Positions 35,648 to 43,655 of a stretch of DNA of 64,000 bases are shown piece by piece; positions within the stretch are counted from its first letter, which is position 1, and every line of letters starts with the position of its first letter. The stretch lies in assembly GCA_030693425.1 (NCBI GenBank), contig JAUYAM010000002.1:81151-145150 (forward strand), in the 5' to 3' direction. The notes under the pieces are model-generated. The model was not told where the DNA came from, searched no databases, and saw only the letters and a program-made list of their open reading frames with translations. Source of the DNA: a bacterium. Lineage in GTDB: Bacteria; Patescibacteriota; Minisyncoccia; Minisyncoccales; GWA2-46-15. Made by a program: the position numbers and the translations under genes.

Positions 35648-36244
35648 TTAGCTTGAGAGCGGACAGCTTTCAAGAATTGAATATTCCGGCCCTTCTTTTG
35701 CCAGCTCGCTTTCCATGACTTCAATTGATTCAACCGGGATTTTCAGAGAAATTTCCTTGTCGATTTCCGGAATTTCTTCCAATTCCATTTCCCGGAACTG
35801 CCATTGTTTGATTCTGGCCAGAGTGACGTGGGGAGAAAATTGATTGTCTTTGGAGTCTTTCACCACTTTTTCAAAAAGGGAGTTTTCTAAGTCCTGCCGA
35901 AGAGCAGAAAGCTCTTTGACTGCTTTTCCGCTCGCCCAGACCATACGCGGCAGCTTTCCTGCCCCGTGGAGGCCTTGCTTCTTTTCGGGATTCCCCGGCG
36001 GTCCGTAAGAGATCCTGTTCAGCTCAAAGACAAAAGGTTTGTGTATTGAGCAAGTTTTCCTGACGATTTCGCAGGTTTCCAGGAGTTCTTCGTCGCTGGC
36101 GTACCCTAAGAACAAGAGCGTTAAATGGAGGTTCTCCTTCTTTGTCCACCTGCAGGGCAGTTCCGGAAACTCGTCTCTGGTTCTGTTCAGGCTTTCCTTG
36201 ACGTCTTTTGGGAAGTTGACGGCGATAAAAATTCTGTGTCCCAT
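35648..36244 (-). CDS. thpR: RNA 2',3'-cyclic phosphodiesterase (2H phosphoesterase, LigT/ThpR)
   Basis: Two H-x-T-x motifs: HLTLLFLG and HVTLARI. Confidence 0.75.
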   Translation of the reverse strand: MGHRIFIAVNFPKDVKESLNRTRDEFPELPCRWTKKENLHLTLLFLGYASDEELLETCEIVRKTCSIHKPFVFELNRISYGPPGNPEKKQGLHGAGKLPRMVWASGKAVKELSALRQDLENSLFEKVVKDSKDNQFSPHVTLARIKQWQFREMELEEIPEIDKEISLKIPVESIEVMESELAKEGPEYSILESCPLSS

Positions 36245-36284
36245 ATTTTTGAATTATAGCAGAAAAAGCATTATAATTGAATAA

Positions 36285-37349
36285 ATGAGAGAAGCTTTAG
36301 TTTACGAAAAACTGAAAGAAGGTTTGGTCCGCTGTCAGGTTTGCCAGAGGCGGTGTTTGGTTGCAGAGGGCAAGACCGGCTTTTGCTTGACAAAGAGAAA
36401 TAAAGGCGGAAAACTAGTCAGCCTGAATTACGGCCTGATCCGAGGAGTCCAATTGGACCCGATTGAGAAAAAGCCTTTTTACCATTTCCGTCCGGGCGCC
36501 TGGGTTCCTTCGATCGGAAACTTTGGCTGCAATTTTAGGTGCAAGCAGTGCCTGAACTGGTGGTGCTCCTGGGGCGAGCCCGCCCAAATTTTGCTCCGCA
36601 AAATTCTGGCGGGTGAACCGGCTGAAATAATTAAACCAGAGCAGCTTATATCTGATTTTAAAAAAGCCGGTTACAAAAGTATTGCTTTCACTTACAACGA
36701 GCCGGTTGTCTGGGCAGAATACGTTTTAGACGCTTCAAAGCTGGCAAAACAGGAAGGTTTTTTTACCGTCTTTGTCACCAACGGCTCCTGGACTAAGGAA
36801 ACCTTAGATAAGATCGGCAAGTTCATTGACGCCGCCAACATCGATTTCAAAGGCTTTTCTGATAAGACTTACAGCAAAATGGGCGCTTTTTTCGGGCAGG
36901 TTCCCGAGATGGCAAAGTACGCCCAGGAAAAACACAAAATCTTTATTGAGATTACCACTCTCTTGATTCCTGGAATCAACGACGGCAAGGAAGAGTTGGA
37001 AGAAATGACAAGATGGATGGTAAAGCACTTGGGCCCAAAGACTCCCTGGCATCTAAGCCGTTTTGACCCGGATCTTGCTCCCGACAAAAGCTTTCAGGCC
37101 CTGCCCCAGACTTCGGTTAAAGATTTAGACAAGGCTGCGGCCATCGGCAAGAAGTCGGGATTGAAGTTTATCTATATCTGGGCGCCGGGTCAGAATTTAC
37201 CCGGAGGCCTCTATGCCCAGGGCAATACCTTTTGTCCGAAGTGCGGCCAGCTGGCGATAGAAAGAACTGCCTGGCAGCCAAAGCTGGTTGGCATAGACAA
37301 AAATGGCTGTTGCTCAAATTGCCAAGAGGATTTAAATGTTAAATTATAA
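36285..37349 (+). CDS. amrS: AmmeMemoRadiSam system radical SAM enzyme
   Basis: CNFRCKQC (CxxxCxxC) cluster motif, N-terminal CQVCQRRC and C-terminal CPKCG...CSNC. PFL-activase-like architecture. Confidence 0.75.
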   Translation: MREALVYEKLKEGLVRCQVCQRRCLVAEGKTGFCLTKRNKGGKLVSLNYGLIRGVQLDPIEKKPFYHFRPGAWVPSIGNFGCNFRCKQCLNWWCSWGEPAQILLRKILAGEPAEIIKPEQLISDFKKAGYKSIAFTYNEPVVWAEYVLDASKLAKQEGFFTVFVTNGSWTKETLDKIGKFIDAANIDFKGFSDKTYSKMGAFFGQVPEMAKYAQEKHKIFIEITTLLIPGINDGKEELEEMTRWMVKHLGPKTPWHLSRFDPDLAPDKSFQALPQTSVKDLDKAAAIGKKSGLKFIYIWAPGQNLPGGLYAQGNTFCPKCGQLAIERTAWQPKLVGIDKNGCCSNCQEDLNVKL

Positions 37350-37353
37350 TTCC

Positions 37354-37971
37354 ATGATTTCCTTCGCCTGTTTTTCGCCTCATCCGCCGCTTCTGCTTCC
37401 CTACATCGGCTCTATTGACGACAGGATTAAGGTCAAAAAGACGCTCCAGGCCCTAGAGTCTTTGGCGAAACAATTTAAGGAAGCTGAAATAGACGAGATT
37501 GTCATTTCCTCTCCTCATTCTGACTGGGGCTTTAACGTTCCCCTTTATTTTTTAGCCAACAACTTTAAAGGAAAGACTACTCCTTACTTGCTGGAATCGG
37601 AACCTCCGAGGTTTTATTTCAAAGAAGCAGAAAAACTGTATAGATCTAAGATTTCTAATTTAAAGTCTAAGGTTGCCTTAATTGCCTCCGGGGATACCTC
37701 CCATTGTTTGAAAAAAGACGGTCCCTACGGCCTTCATGCCGAAGGCCCAAAATTTGACAGAGACTTGATCAGCTATTTGAAAGAGAAAAACATTGAAAAG
37801 ATCTTAAGTCTAGCTGAGATTTATCCCAATGCCGCAGAATGCGGCTTGAGATCTTTTTCCTTTATCCTGGGCATTCTTGAAGCCTCTGGGATAGACTGGC
37901 AATCGGAGATCTTGTCCTACGAGGGTCCTTTGGGAGTCGGCTACCTCGTCGCCAATTTTAAACTTAATTGA
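37354..37971 (+). CDS. LigB-fold (class III extradiol dioxygenase B-like / Memo-related) protein, probable partner of AMMECR1
   Basis: ACFSPHPPLLLP, ISSPHSD, ASGDTSHCL and AAECGLRS motifs typical of the LigB-like domains found with AMMECR1. Start trimmed to MISFACF. Confidence 0.6.
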   Translation: MISFACFSPHPPLLLPYIGSIDDRIKVKKTLQALESLAKQFKEAEIDEIVISSPHSDWGFNVPLYFLANNFKGKTTPYLLESEPPRFYFKEAEKLYRSKISNLKSKVALIASGDTSHCLKKDGPYGLHAEGPKFDRDLISYLKEKNIEKILSLAEIYPNAAECGLRSFSFILGILEASGIDWQSEILSYEGPLGVGYLVANFKLN

Positions 37972-38018
37972 AGAAAAGAAGCCGTTTTGTCAAATCAAAA
38001 AGACTGCCATTTAATTTT

Positions 38019-38050
38019 CTCACTTCACTGCTACGTAGCAGTGAAGTGAG
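38019..38050. repeat. perfect 32-bp palindrome, core CTGCTACGTAGCAG (family member 2)
   Basis: ctcacttcactgctac|gtagcagtgaagtgag, 48 nt after the stop at 37971. Confidence 0.9.
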
Positions 38051-38111
38051 GATTGTGTCATTATAATTTTAGGACGATATTAAATTAGGTTTAAAAGTAA
38101 AATAGAAAACT

Positions 38112-38630
38112 ATGGCTAGATATTCGCAAATTACTAATCAAGAAAAACAAGAATTACTTAGCGATTTCTGCGAAGCCTTAGCAGTTTTAAAAACTGCCGA
38201 CGAGGCAATGAAATTTCTTACCGATCTGCTAGGGCGTCAGGAAATTATCGCTTTGGCAAAAAGAATAAAAATCGCTAAACTTCTCTTAGCCAGCAAAGAT
38301 TACCGCGAAATAGCGCGCCTTCTAAAAGTGAGCCATGCTACGATTGCCAAGGTGAGCCAGTGGTTGATGGAGTCGGGTGAGGGCTTTAAGCTGGTGGCGG
38401 AGAGGACAAAAGACAAGAAACGCAAGCAAATTACCGGTTCTGCCGAATTGAGAAAGATAGAGTGGGATAATTTTAAAAAGGGTCATCCTCTGATGTTCTG
38501 GCCTGAGTTATTGATCAAGGATGTTATTAAAACAATGGATAGAAAACAAAAAGATAAAATAAAAGCGGCGTTGGCTAAAATTGATTATAAATCAAGCCTG
38601 TATAGGCGGATTAATCGTTTGCTGAAATAG
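38112..38630 (+). CDS. TrpR-like YerC/YecD-family DNA-binding protein with C-terminal extension
   Basis: The N-terminal ~100 aa (FLTDLLGRQEIIALAKRIKIAKLL...YREIARLLKVSHATIAKVS) matches the TrpR-related HTH pattern. Confidence 0.6.
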   Translation: MARYSQITNQEKQELLSDFCEALAVLKTADEAMKFLTDLLGRQEIIALAKRIKIAKLLLASKDYREIARLLKVSHATIAKVSQWLMESGEGFKLVAERTKDKKRKQITGSAELRKIEWDNFKKGHPLMFWPELLIKDVIKTMDRKQKDKIKAALAKIDYKSSLYRRINRLLK

Positions 38631-38633
38631 TCG

Positions 38634-38663
38634 TCAGTATACTGCTACGTAGCAGTATACTGA
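38634..38663. repeat. perfect 30-bp palindrome, core CTGCTACGTAGCAG (family member 3)
   Basis: tcagtatactgctac|gtagcagtatactga, 4 nt after the stop at 38630. Confidence 0.9.
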
Positions 38664-38681
38664 TGAGAGACGGCAAGGAAC

Positions 38682-39029
38682 GTGAGTTCGAATCGTATAG
38701 AAGTAAAGAAGGAGATTGTGGAAAAGGAACGTTTATTTAACAAAATCAGAAAAGTTGTGGCCAGAATTCCTAAGGGCAAAGTAACGACTTACGGGGCGAT
38801 CGCTAGATTTTTAGGGTTGCGAGACAGCCGGTTAGTAGGCTACGCTCTTTGGGGAAACCAAGATTCTAAAATTCCTTGCCACAGGGTGGTTAAAAAAGAC
38901 GGTTCTCTGGCCAAAGACTATTCTCTCGGCGGCTGGCAAGAGCAGAAACGAAGATTAGAAAAAGAAGGAGTAAAGTTCTTGAAGGAAAATCAGGCAAACC
39001 TTAAAAAACATTATTGGCAGCCCCGTTAG
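38682..39029 (+). CDS. MGMT-family protein (methylated-DNA-protein-cysteine methyltransferase DNA-binding domain)
   Basis: IPKGKVTTYGAIA and PCHRVV active-site-type motifs. GTG start in the track. Confidence 0.7.
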   Translation: MSSNRIEVKKEIVEKERLFNKIRKVVARIPKGKVTTYGAIARFLGLRDSRLVGYALWGNQDSKIPCHRVVKKDGSLAKDYSLGGWQEQKRRLEKEGVKFLKENQANLKKHYWQPR

Positions 39030-39178
39030 GAAAACACAGGGGTTTTCGTGGAATTCCAAGAAGCGAAATATCTTCGTCTGAAAACCCCTCTAACTATTTT
39101 TAAATAATGCCTTATGATATATGAAAATTTAAACATTCTAACCACGGAAGATATTTAATTTCCTACGGGGCAGCCTAA

Positions 39179-39745
39179 ATGAACATAGCCAAATTAGCGA
39201 GAATAGCGGTTGAAACATATATTAGAGAGGGCAAGGTTGCAGATATTCCGAAAAACCTTCCGGAGGAATTCTTGATGGAAAAAGCCGGGGTTTTCGTGTC
39301 GATCTTTCGATCTCCACGCGGAACTGACGCTGAACAAAAACGCGGAACCGACGCTGAAAAAGAATTACGAGGTTGTGTCGGCACTTATTTGCCTGTCAGA
39401 GAAAACATTGCCCAGGAAACGATCCATAACGCCGTTGCTTCGGCCAGCCAGGATCCCAGGTTTTCTCCGGTCTCAAAAGAAGACTTAGGCCAGCTTTCTT
39501 ACTCCGTTTATATCCTGGGAGAACCGAAACAAATGGAAAGGCTTGAAGAACTCGATCCGAAAAAGTATGGTATTATAGTGAAGGCCAGAGATTTTCCTTC
39601 AAAAACCGGACTTTTGCTCCCCGGCCTTAAGGGCATTGACAGCGTTGACGCCCAGATTTATATCGCCTCCCAGAAAGCTGGCATTGACCTCAAAAAAGAA
39701 GAAATCTTAATTTACCGGTTCGAAGTCGAAAAATACCATGACTGA
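39179..39745 (+). CDS. amrA: AMMECR1-domain protein (AmmeMemoRadiSam system protein A)
   Basis: LRGCVGTY core motif and DPRFSPV. Contains an in-frame 2x24-nt tandem duplication (RGTDAEQK/RGTDAEKE). Confidence 0.8.
   Translation: MNIAKLARIAVETYIREGKVADIPKNLPEEFLMEKAGVFVSIFRSPRGTDAEQKRGTDAEKELRGCVGTYLPVRENIAQETIHNAVASASQDPRFSPVSKEDLGQLSYSVYILGEPKQMERLEELDPKKYGIIVKARDFPSKTGLLLPGLKGIDSVDAQIYIASQKAGIDLKKEEILIYRFEVEKYHD
39317..39364 (+). repeat. 2 x 24-nt in-frame tandem duplication in amrA
   Basis: cgcggaactgacgctgaacaaaaa / cgcggaaccgacgctgaaaaagaa. Confidence 0.85.
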
Positions 39746-40205
39746 GAAAACCAACCAACGTCTTGAGAAAAAACGCCGAAAGAAAAGAAAAGAGGAAACC
39801 GAGATCCAAAAGATCGTCAACCACTATTTCTATACCAAAGGCTTGACTTTGGAGCGGATCAAGAAAGACGCCAGAAAAAAGAAAATCATCTATTCTAGGT
39901 TTACCCGGCCGGCAAAGCAGCTGTTGATTTTGGCCGGATCTGTCAGAAAGGCCAAAGCCGCCATTACCAGAGTCGCCGACTGGGCAAAATCAAGGAAATT
40001 GGACTATGCCATAGAAACTGTTTTTAAGAAATGGCTGGAGTTGGACAAGCTGAAGCCCAAGGAAATCGTCAAGAAACCTTATTTCCAGGGAGATCCGATG
40101 GTTTGGTCGGAAAGCAAAAGAAAATGGTACGTTGTCACCAAAGACGGCGACTGGCTGGAATTCGCCGGCAAAGACGACGAAGTTGAGTGGAGAATCGTCA
40201 AATAG
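39738..40205 (+). CDS. hypothetical basic protein (155 aa)
   Basis: Lys/Arg-rich N-terminus. 8-nt overlap with amrA. No recognised motif. Confidence 0.4.
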   Translation: MTEKTNQRLEKKRRKKRKEETEIQKIVNHYFYTKGLTLERIKKDARKKKIIYSRFTRPAKQLLILAGSVRKAKAAITRVADWAKSRKLDYAIETVFKKWLELDKLKPKEIVKKPYFQGDPMVWSESKRKWYVVTKDGDWLEFAGKDDEVEWRIVK

Positions 40206-40222
40206 CCAAAGATTTCAGTAAG

Positions 40223-41194
40223 ATGAAGATTGTTTTTTTCGGAACGCCGGATTTTGCGGCCACTATTTTAGAGAAACTTGTCAAAAATAATTTCAAGCCG
40301 GTTTTGGTTGTGACTTCTCAGGATAAACCCATTGGTCGCCGGCAGGAGCTAACTCCCCCGTCGGTCAAGATTGAAGCGCAAAAATACGGCCTTCCGGTTT
40401 TGCAGCCGGAATCTTTTGACATTCCCGAATTCCGCCAGGTCCTTTTTAATTCTCAACCAGACTTTATTGTTTTGGCCGCTTTTGGCCCGCCTTTCTTGGA
40501 CAAAAAGATTTTGAATATCCCAAAGTACGGTTGCCTCAACGTTCATCCCTCTCTTTTGCCAAAGTACCGGGGCGCCTCCCCTATTCCCCAGGCGATTTTA
40601 AATGGCGAAAAGGAAACCGGAGTGACTATTATCAGAATGTCGGAAAAAATCGACCAGGGCGACATCCTTTCTCAGGAAAAATTGGAGATTTTGCCGGTAG
40701 ACACGGCTTTAACACTAACAAATAAACTGGCTGGTTTGGGCGGCAGCCTTTTGGTGAAAACCATTTCTGCTCTGGTTGGAAGCGGGATTTTTCCCCGGCC
40801 CCAAGGAGAATCCCCTACGCCCTATTGCCCCCAGCTTAAAAAAGAAGACGGTAGAATTAACTGGGATTGTCCGGCCGACTACATTGAAAGGCAGACCAGA
40901 GCTTTTGATCCCTGGCCGGGAACTTATACGTTTTTTGAAAAAAAGATCTTGAAAATCCTGAAAACCCATGTTATAACGGACAGAATGTCCGATATATCGT
41001 CGCACGCTATAAATGAGAATGAACCGGAGAGAAAAGCAGGTTTTGTTTTTTTGACCAGAGACGGCAAGTTGGCGGTTCAGGCCCAGAAAGGCTCTTTGGT
41101 TGTCGAGATTCTGCAGCTCGAAGGGAAAAAGCCCGTGCCCGTCCAAGACTTTTTAAGGGGACACCGGGACATTGTCGGTGCCACCCTGGAATAG
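40223..41194 (+). CDS. fmt: methionyl-tRNA formyltransferase
   Basis: Start trimmed to MKIVFFGTPDFA. Motifs NVHPSLLPKYRGASPI and a C-terminal Fmt domain. Confidence 0.9.
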   Translation: MKIVFFGTPDFAATILEKLVKNNFKPVLVVTSQDKPIGRRQELTPPSVKIEAQKYGLPVLQPESFDIPEFRQVLFNSQPDFIVLAAFGPPFLDKKILNIPKYGCLNVHPSLLPKYRGASPIPQAILNGEKETGVTIIRMSEKIDQGDILSQEKLEILPVDTALTLTNKLAGLGGSLLVKTISALVGSGIFPRPQGESPTPYCPQLKKEDGRINWDCPADYIERQTRAFDPWPGTYTFFEKKILKILKTHVITDRMSDISSHAINENEPERKAGFVFLTRDGKLAVQAQKGSLVVEILQLEGKKPVPVQDFLRGHRDIVGATLE

Positions 41195-41196
41195 TT

Positions 41197-41231
41197 TCAT
41201 ACTAAATACCAGATACTAAATACTATATACT
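41197..41231. repeat. 5 x 7-nt tandem array, GTAT type, intergenic (opposite orientation)
   Basis: ATAC recurs every 7 nt (about 41199, 41206, 41213, 41220, 41227). Shares actaaataccagatact with the reverse complement of the dnaX array. Confidence 0.85.
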
Positions 41232-41238
41232 ATAATTT

Positions 41239-41805
41239 ATGTTGGGTTATTTCGATTTAAGAAGAGGCATCCAGTTCATTTATGAAGGCCAGCCTTACGA
41301 GGTTTTAGATTTCAACCAGATGAAAAAAGCCCAGCGAGAAGGAATTGCCCAAGTGAAAATGAGAAACTTAATTACCGGCAAGGTTATTGAGCAGGGTTTC
41401 CATTCGAGCGATCACTTTGAGGAGGCCGATCTCCAGAGATTGAGGGCAAAGTATCTTTACAATCACCGGGGCAGGTTTTTCTTTTCCGAAGAGAAAGATT
41501 CGAGCAAGAGGCTTGAGTTGAGTCAAGAACAAGTTGGCCAGGGATCAAGGTTTCTGAAGGCCGGGCAAGTCATTGACACCATCATCTTTGAAGAAAAGAT
41601 TATCACCGTTTCTTTGCCGATCAAAGTCCAGTTAAAAGTGACCGAAGCCCCTCCGGGCGTTCAGGGCGATCGGGCCCAGGGCGGAGTCAAGTCAGCCGTT
41701 TTGGAAACCGGAGCCTCCATTAATGTTCCCCTATTCATTGAAGAAGGAGATCTTATTGAAGTCAACACCGAAACAGGAGAATATGCCAAGAGAGCAAATG
41801 AATAA
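41239..41805 (+). CDS. efp: elongation factor P
   Basis: 188 aa with the three-domain EF-P pattern (KVTEAPPGVQGDRAQGGVKSAVLETG). Confidence 0.9.
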   Translation: MLGYFDLRRGIQFIYEGQPYEVLDFNQMKKAQREGIAQVKMRNLITGKVIEQGFHSSDHFEEADLQRLRAKYLYNHRGRFFFSEEKDSSKRLELSQEQVGQGSRFLKAGQVIDTIIFEEKIITVSLPIKVQLKVTEAPPGVQGDRAQGGVKSAVLETGASINVPLFIEEGDLIEVNTETGEYAKRANE

Positions 41806-41818
41806 AATTATGTTAAGC

Positions 41819-41849
41819 AAAAACGTCCCGCTTCAAGCGGGACGTTTTT
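41819..41849. terminator. bidirectional intrinsic terminator
   Basis: aaaaacgtcccgct-tca-agcgggacgttttt, between convergent efp and the 41858 gene. Confidence 0.8.
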
Positions 41850-41857
41850 GTTATGTT

Positions 41858-42931
41858 CTAATCGGAAACGTTATTCAACTCTTCAATTAAAAGACTGACA
41901 AAGGCATTGGCGTTGGCCAAGTTGAATCCGTCGATGCCGCTATTCGATTCTGGCGTGGCAAAATTGACGCTGTGAATCTTGAGAAACCGGTCTAAAATAT
42001 CTCGGCTGATGTAAATTGCCTGGATTCTAGACAAGGGTACGGAAGTTTCTTGTTTTTTGGTCGTTCCCTGGCGAATGATTATGTTTTTATCTTGTGTCAG
42101 GTCGTAAAAATATGAGCTGTAGGACGATTTTTCCCTTAACAATTTGGCGAGTAAATAAACGCCAAAAAAGACTAGCGGAAAGGCGGCGAACAAAACGATA
42201 GGTAAATTCAGTGCCCCCTTGCTTGCCGAAGGAGAAATTATCATCAAAGCCCAGGCGAGCCAGCCGAAAAATATCAAATATGTCTCTGATCGGCCAGATA
42301 TTCTCTTGGCAATTACCCGTTTTTCTCGCGGGTAGCGATAACTCAAAATTTCTTGTCCGGTATAGTCTCGAGGCGCGGGTTTTTTGTTTTGGCTTGACGC
42401 CCGTCTGATTTCTTCGACCGCCTTTTCTTTTAAAGCGGCGGCGTTTGTGGCGTTCAAGCCATCAATGCGTGCTTGCAGATAAGAACCGGCAAGATTAAGC
42501 GAAAACCGGATGTCATAGAGTTTAAAAATCCTGTTTCCAATATCTTGGTCAAGATAGACATCTTGAACTTTTGTTAGAGGCACAATAATTTCTTTTCTTG
42601 AAAACAAACCGCTTTTAATAATAAGCATGTTGTCTTTGATATCGTAAAACACAGAGCGGTAATTGAGCCGGTCCAAAACATAACTTCCCAGCAGCGCAGC
42701 ACTCAATATGAAAAGAAGGGCGAGGAAAGACTTTAACTCGTTAGGGCCGAATTTGGATATCTCTTCCGGTCCCATTTGCCCTAATATCCAGACGACCATC
42801 AGGCCAGATATTATCACCGAGGTTATCGTACCCATTCCCAGAAAAGGCTTGATAAGATCCTTAATGATTTTTCTTTTCTCCAGCGGATACTGATGGCAAA
42901 GAGTCCCTTCTTTGCAATATATTTGATCCAT
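41858..42931 (-). CDS. membrane protein with two bacterial PH (bPH_2, YdbS/YdbT-like) domains
   Basis: Two repeats of a TM hairpin followed by a (L/I)IIKSG..R.E..VPL.K(V/I)Q-type segment. Confidence 0.6.
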   Translation of the reverse strand: MDQIYCKEGTLCHQYPLEKRKIIKDLIKPFLGMGTITSVIISGLMVVWILGQMGPEEISKFGPNELKSFLALLFILSAALLGSYVLDRLNYRSVFYDIKDNMLIIKSGLFSRKEIIVPLTKVQDVYLDQDIGNRIFKLYDIRFSLNLAGSYLQARIDGLNATNAAALKEKAVEEIRRASSQNKKPAPRDYTGQEILSYRYPREKRVIAKRISGRSETYLIFFGWLAWALMIISPSASKGALNLPIVLFAAFPLVFFGVYLLAKLLREKSSYSSYFYDLTQDKNIIIRQGTTKKQETSVPLSRIQAIYISRDILDRFLKIHSVNFATPESNSGIDGFNLANANAFVSLLIEELNNVSD

Positions 42932-42949
42932 AGTTTTCTTCCAGTTTGG

Positions 42950-43546
42950 TTATTTCTCGACGGTGACGCTTTCCATAACTACCGGCGTCAGAGGTCTATC
43001 ATTTGGTCCGACCAGGACTTCTCCGATTTCATCGACCACTTCCTGTCCTGAAATTACTTTGCCGAAAATAGTGTAGAGATGCGGCAAAGAAGCGTCTTTG
43101 AGGACGATGAAAAACTGGCTGCCGTTGGTATTTGGGCCGGCGTTGGCCATCGCCACCACTCCTTTTTTGTAGCCGGTCTGGTAGGATTCGGTTTCGGGAT
43201 TCAGTTCGTCTTCAAAAGTATAGCCCGGGCCGCCGGTGCCGTCGCCATTGGGATCTCCGCCCTGGATGACAAAGTCTTTAACGACCCGGTGGAAAGTCAG
43301 GTTGTCGTAAAAGTTTTTCTCGACGAGTTTGATAAAATTCTCAACGGTTTTCGGGGCGTCGTCATCATAGGTTTGAATCCTGATTTCGCCCATATTGGTC
43401 TTGATTTTGACGATGTTCATGTTTTTTGGCGTGTTTTCCGGTTGATTATTTTGCGGCTCCTGATTCAAAGCTCGCCAGCTTAAAGCGCCGGCAGCAAAAA
43501 AGAAGGCGAGGATCAGGACTGTTTTAACAAGTTTGTTTTTTCCCAT
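42950..43546 (-). CDS. cyclophilin-type peptidyl-prolyl cis-trans isomerase, membrane-anchored
   Basis: FHRVVKDFVIQGGDP and GSQFFIV motifs, plus an N-terminal TM/signal segment. Confidence 0.85.
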   Translation of the reverse strand: MGKNKLVKTVLILAFFFAAGALSWRALNQEPQNNQPENTPKNMNIVKIKTNMGEIRIQTYDDDAPKTVENFIKLVEKNFYDNLTFHRVVKDFVIQGGDPNGDGTGGPGYTFEDELNPETESYQTGYKKGVVAMANAGPNTNGSQFFIVLKDASLPHLYTIFGKVISGQEVVDEIGEVLVGPNDRPLTPVVMESVTVEK

Positions 43547-43655
43547 GGGAGATTAATTATATTTTCTTAATAATAACTCAGTCTTGCATAAATTAGAATA
43601 CTGAACTTTAAGGGGCGGACTTGTTTTGTCCGCCCCTTAGGTCTTTCATCTTCTC

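Noticed and set aside
38676-38692. GTTCGAATC T-loop-like motif after palindrome 3
   Set aside because: The flanking bases cannot form a T-stem or an acceptor stem. It lies within the 5' end of the MGMT-family ORF.
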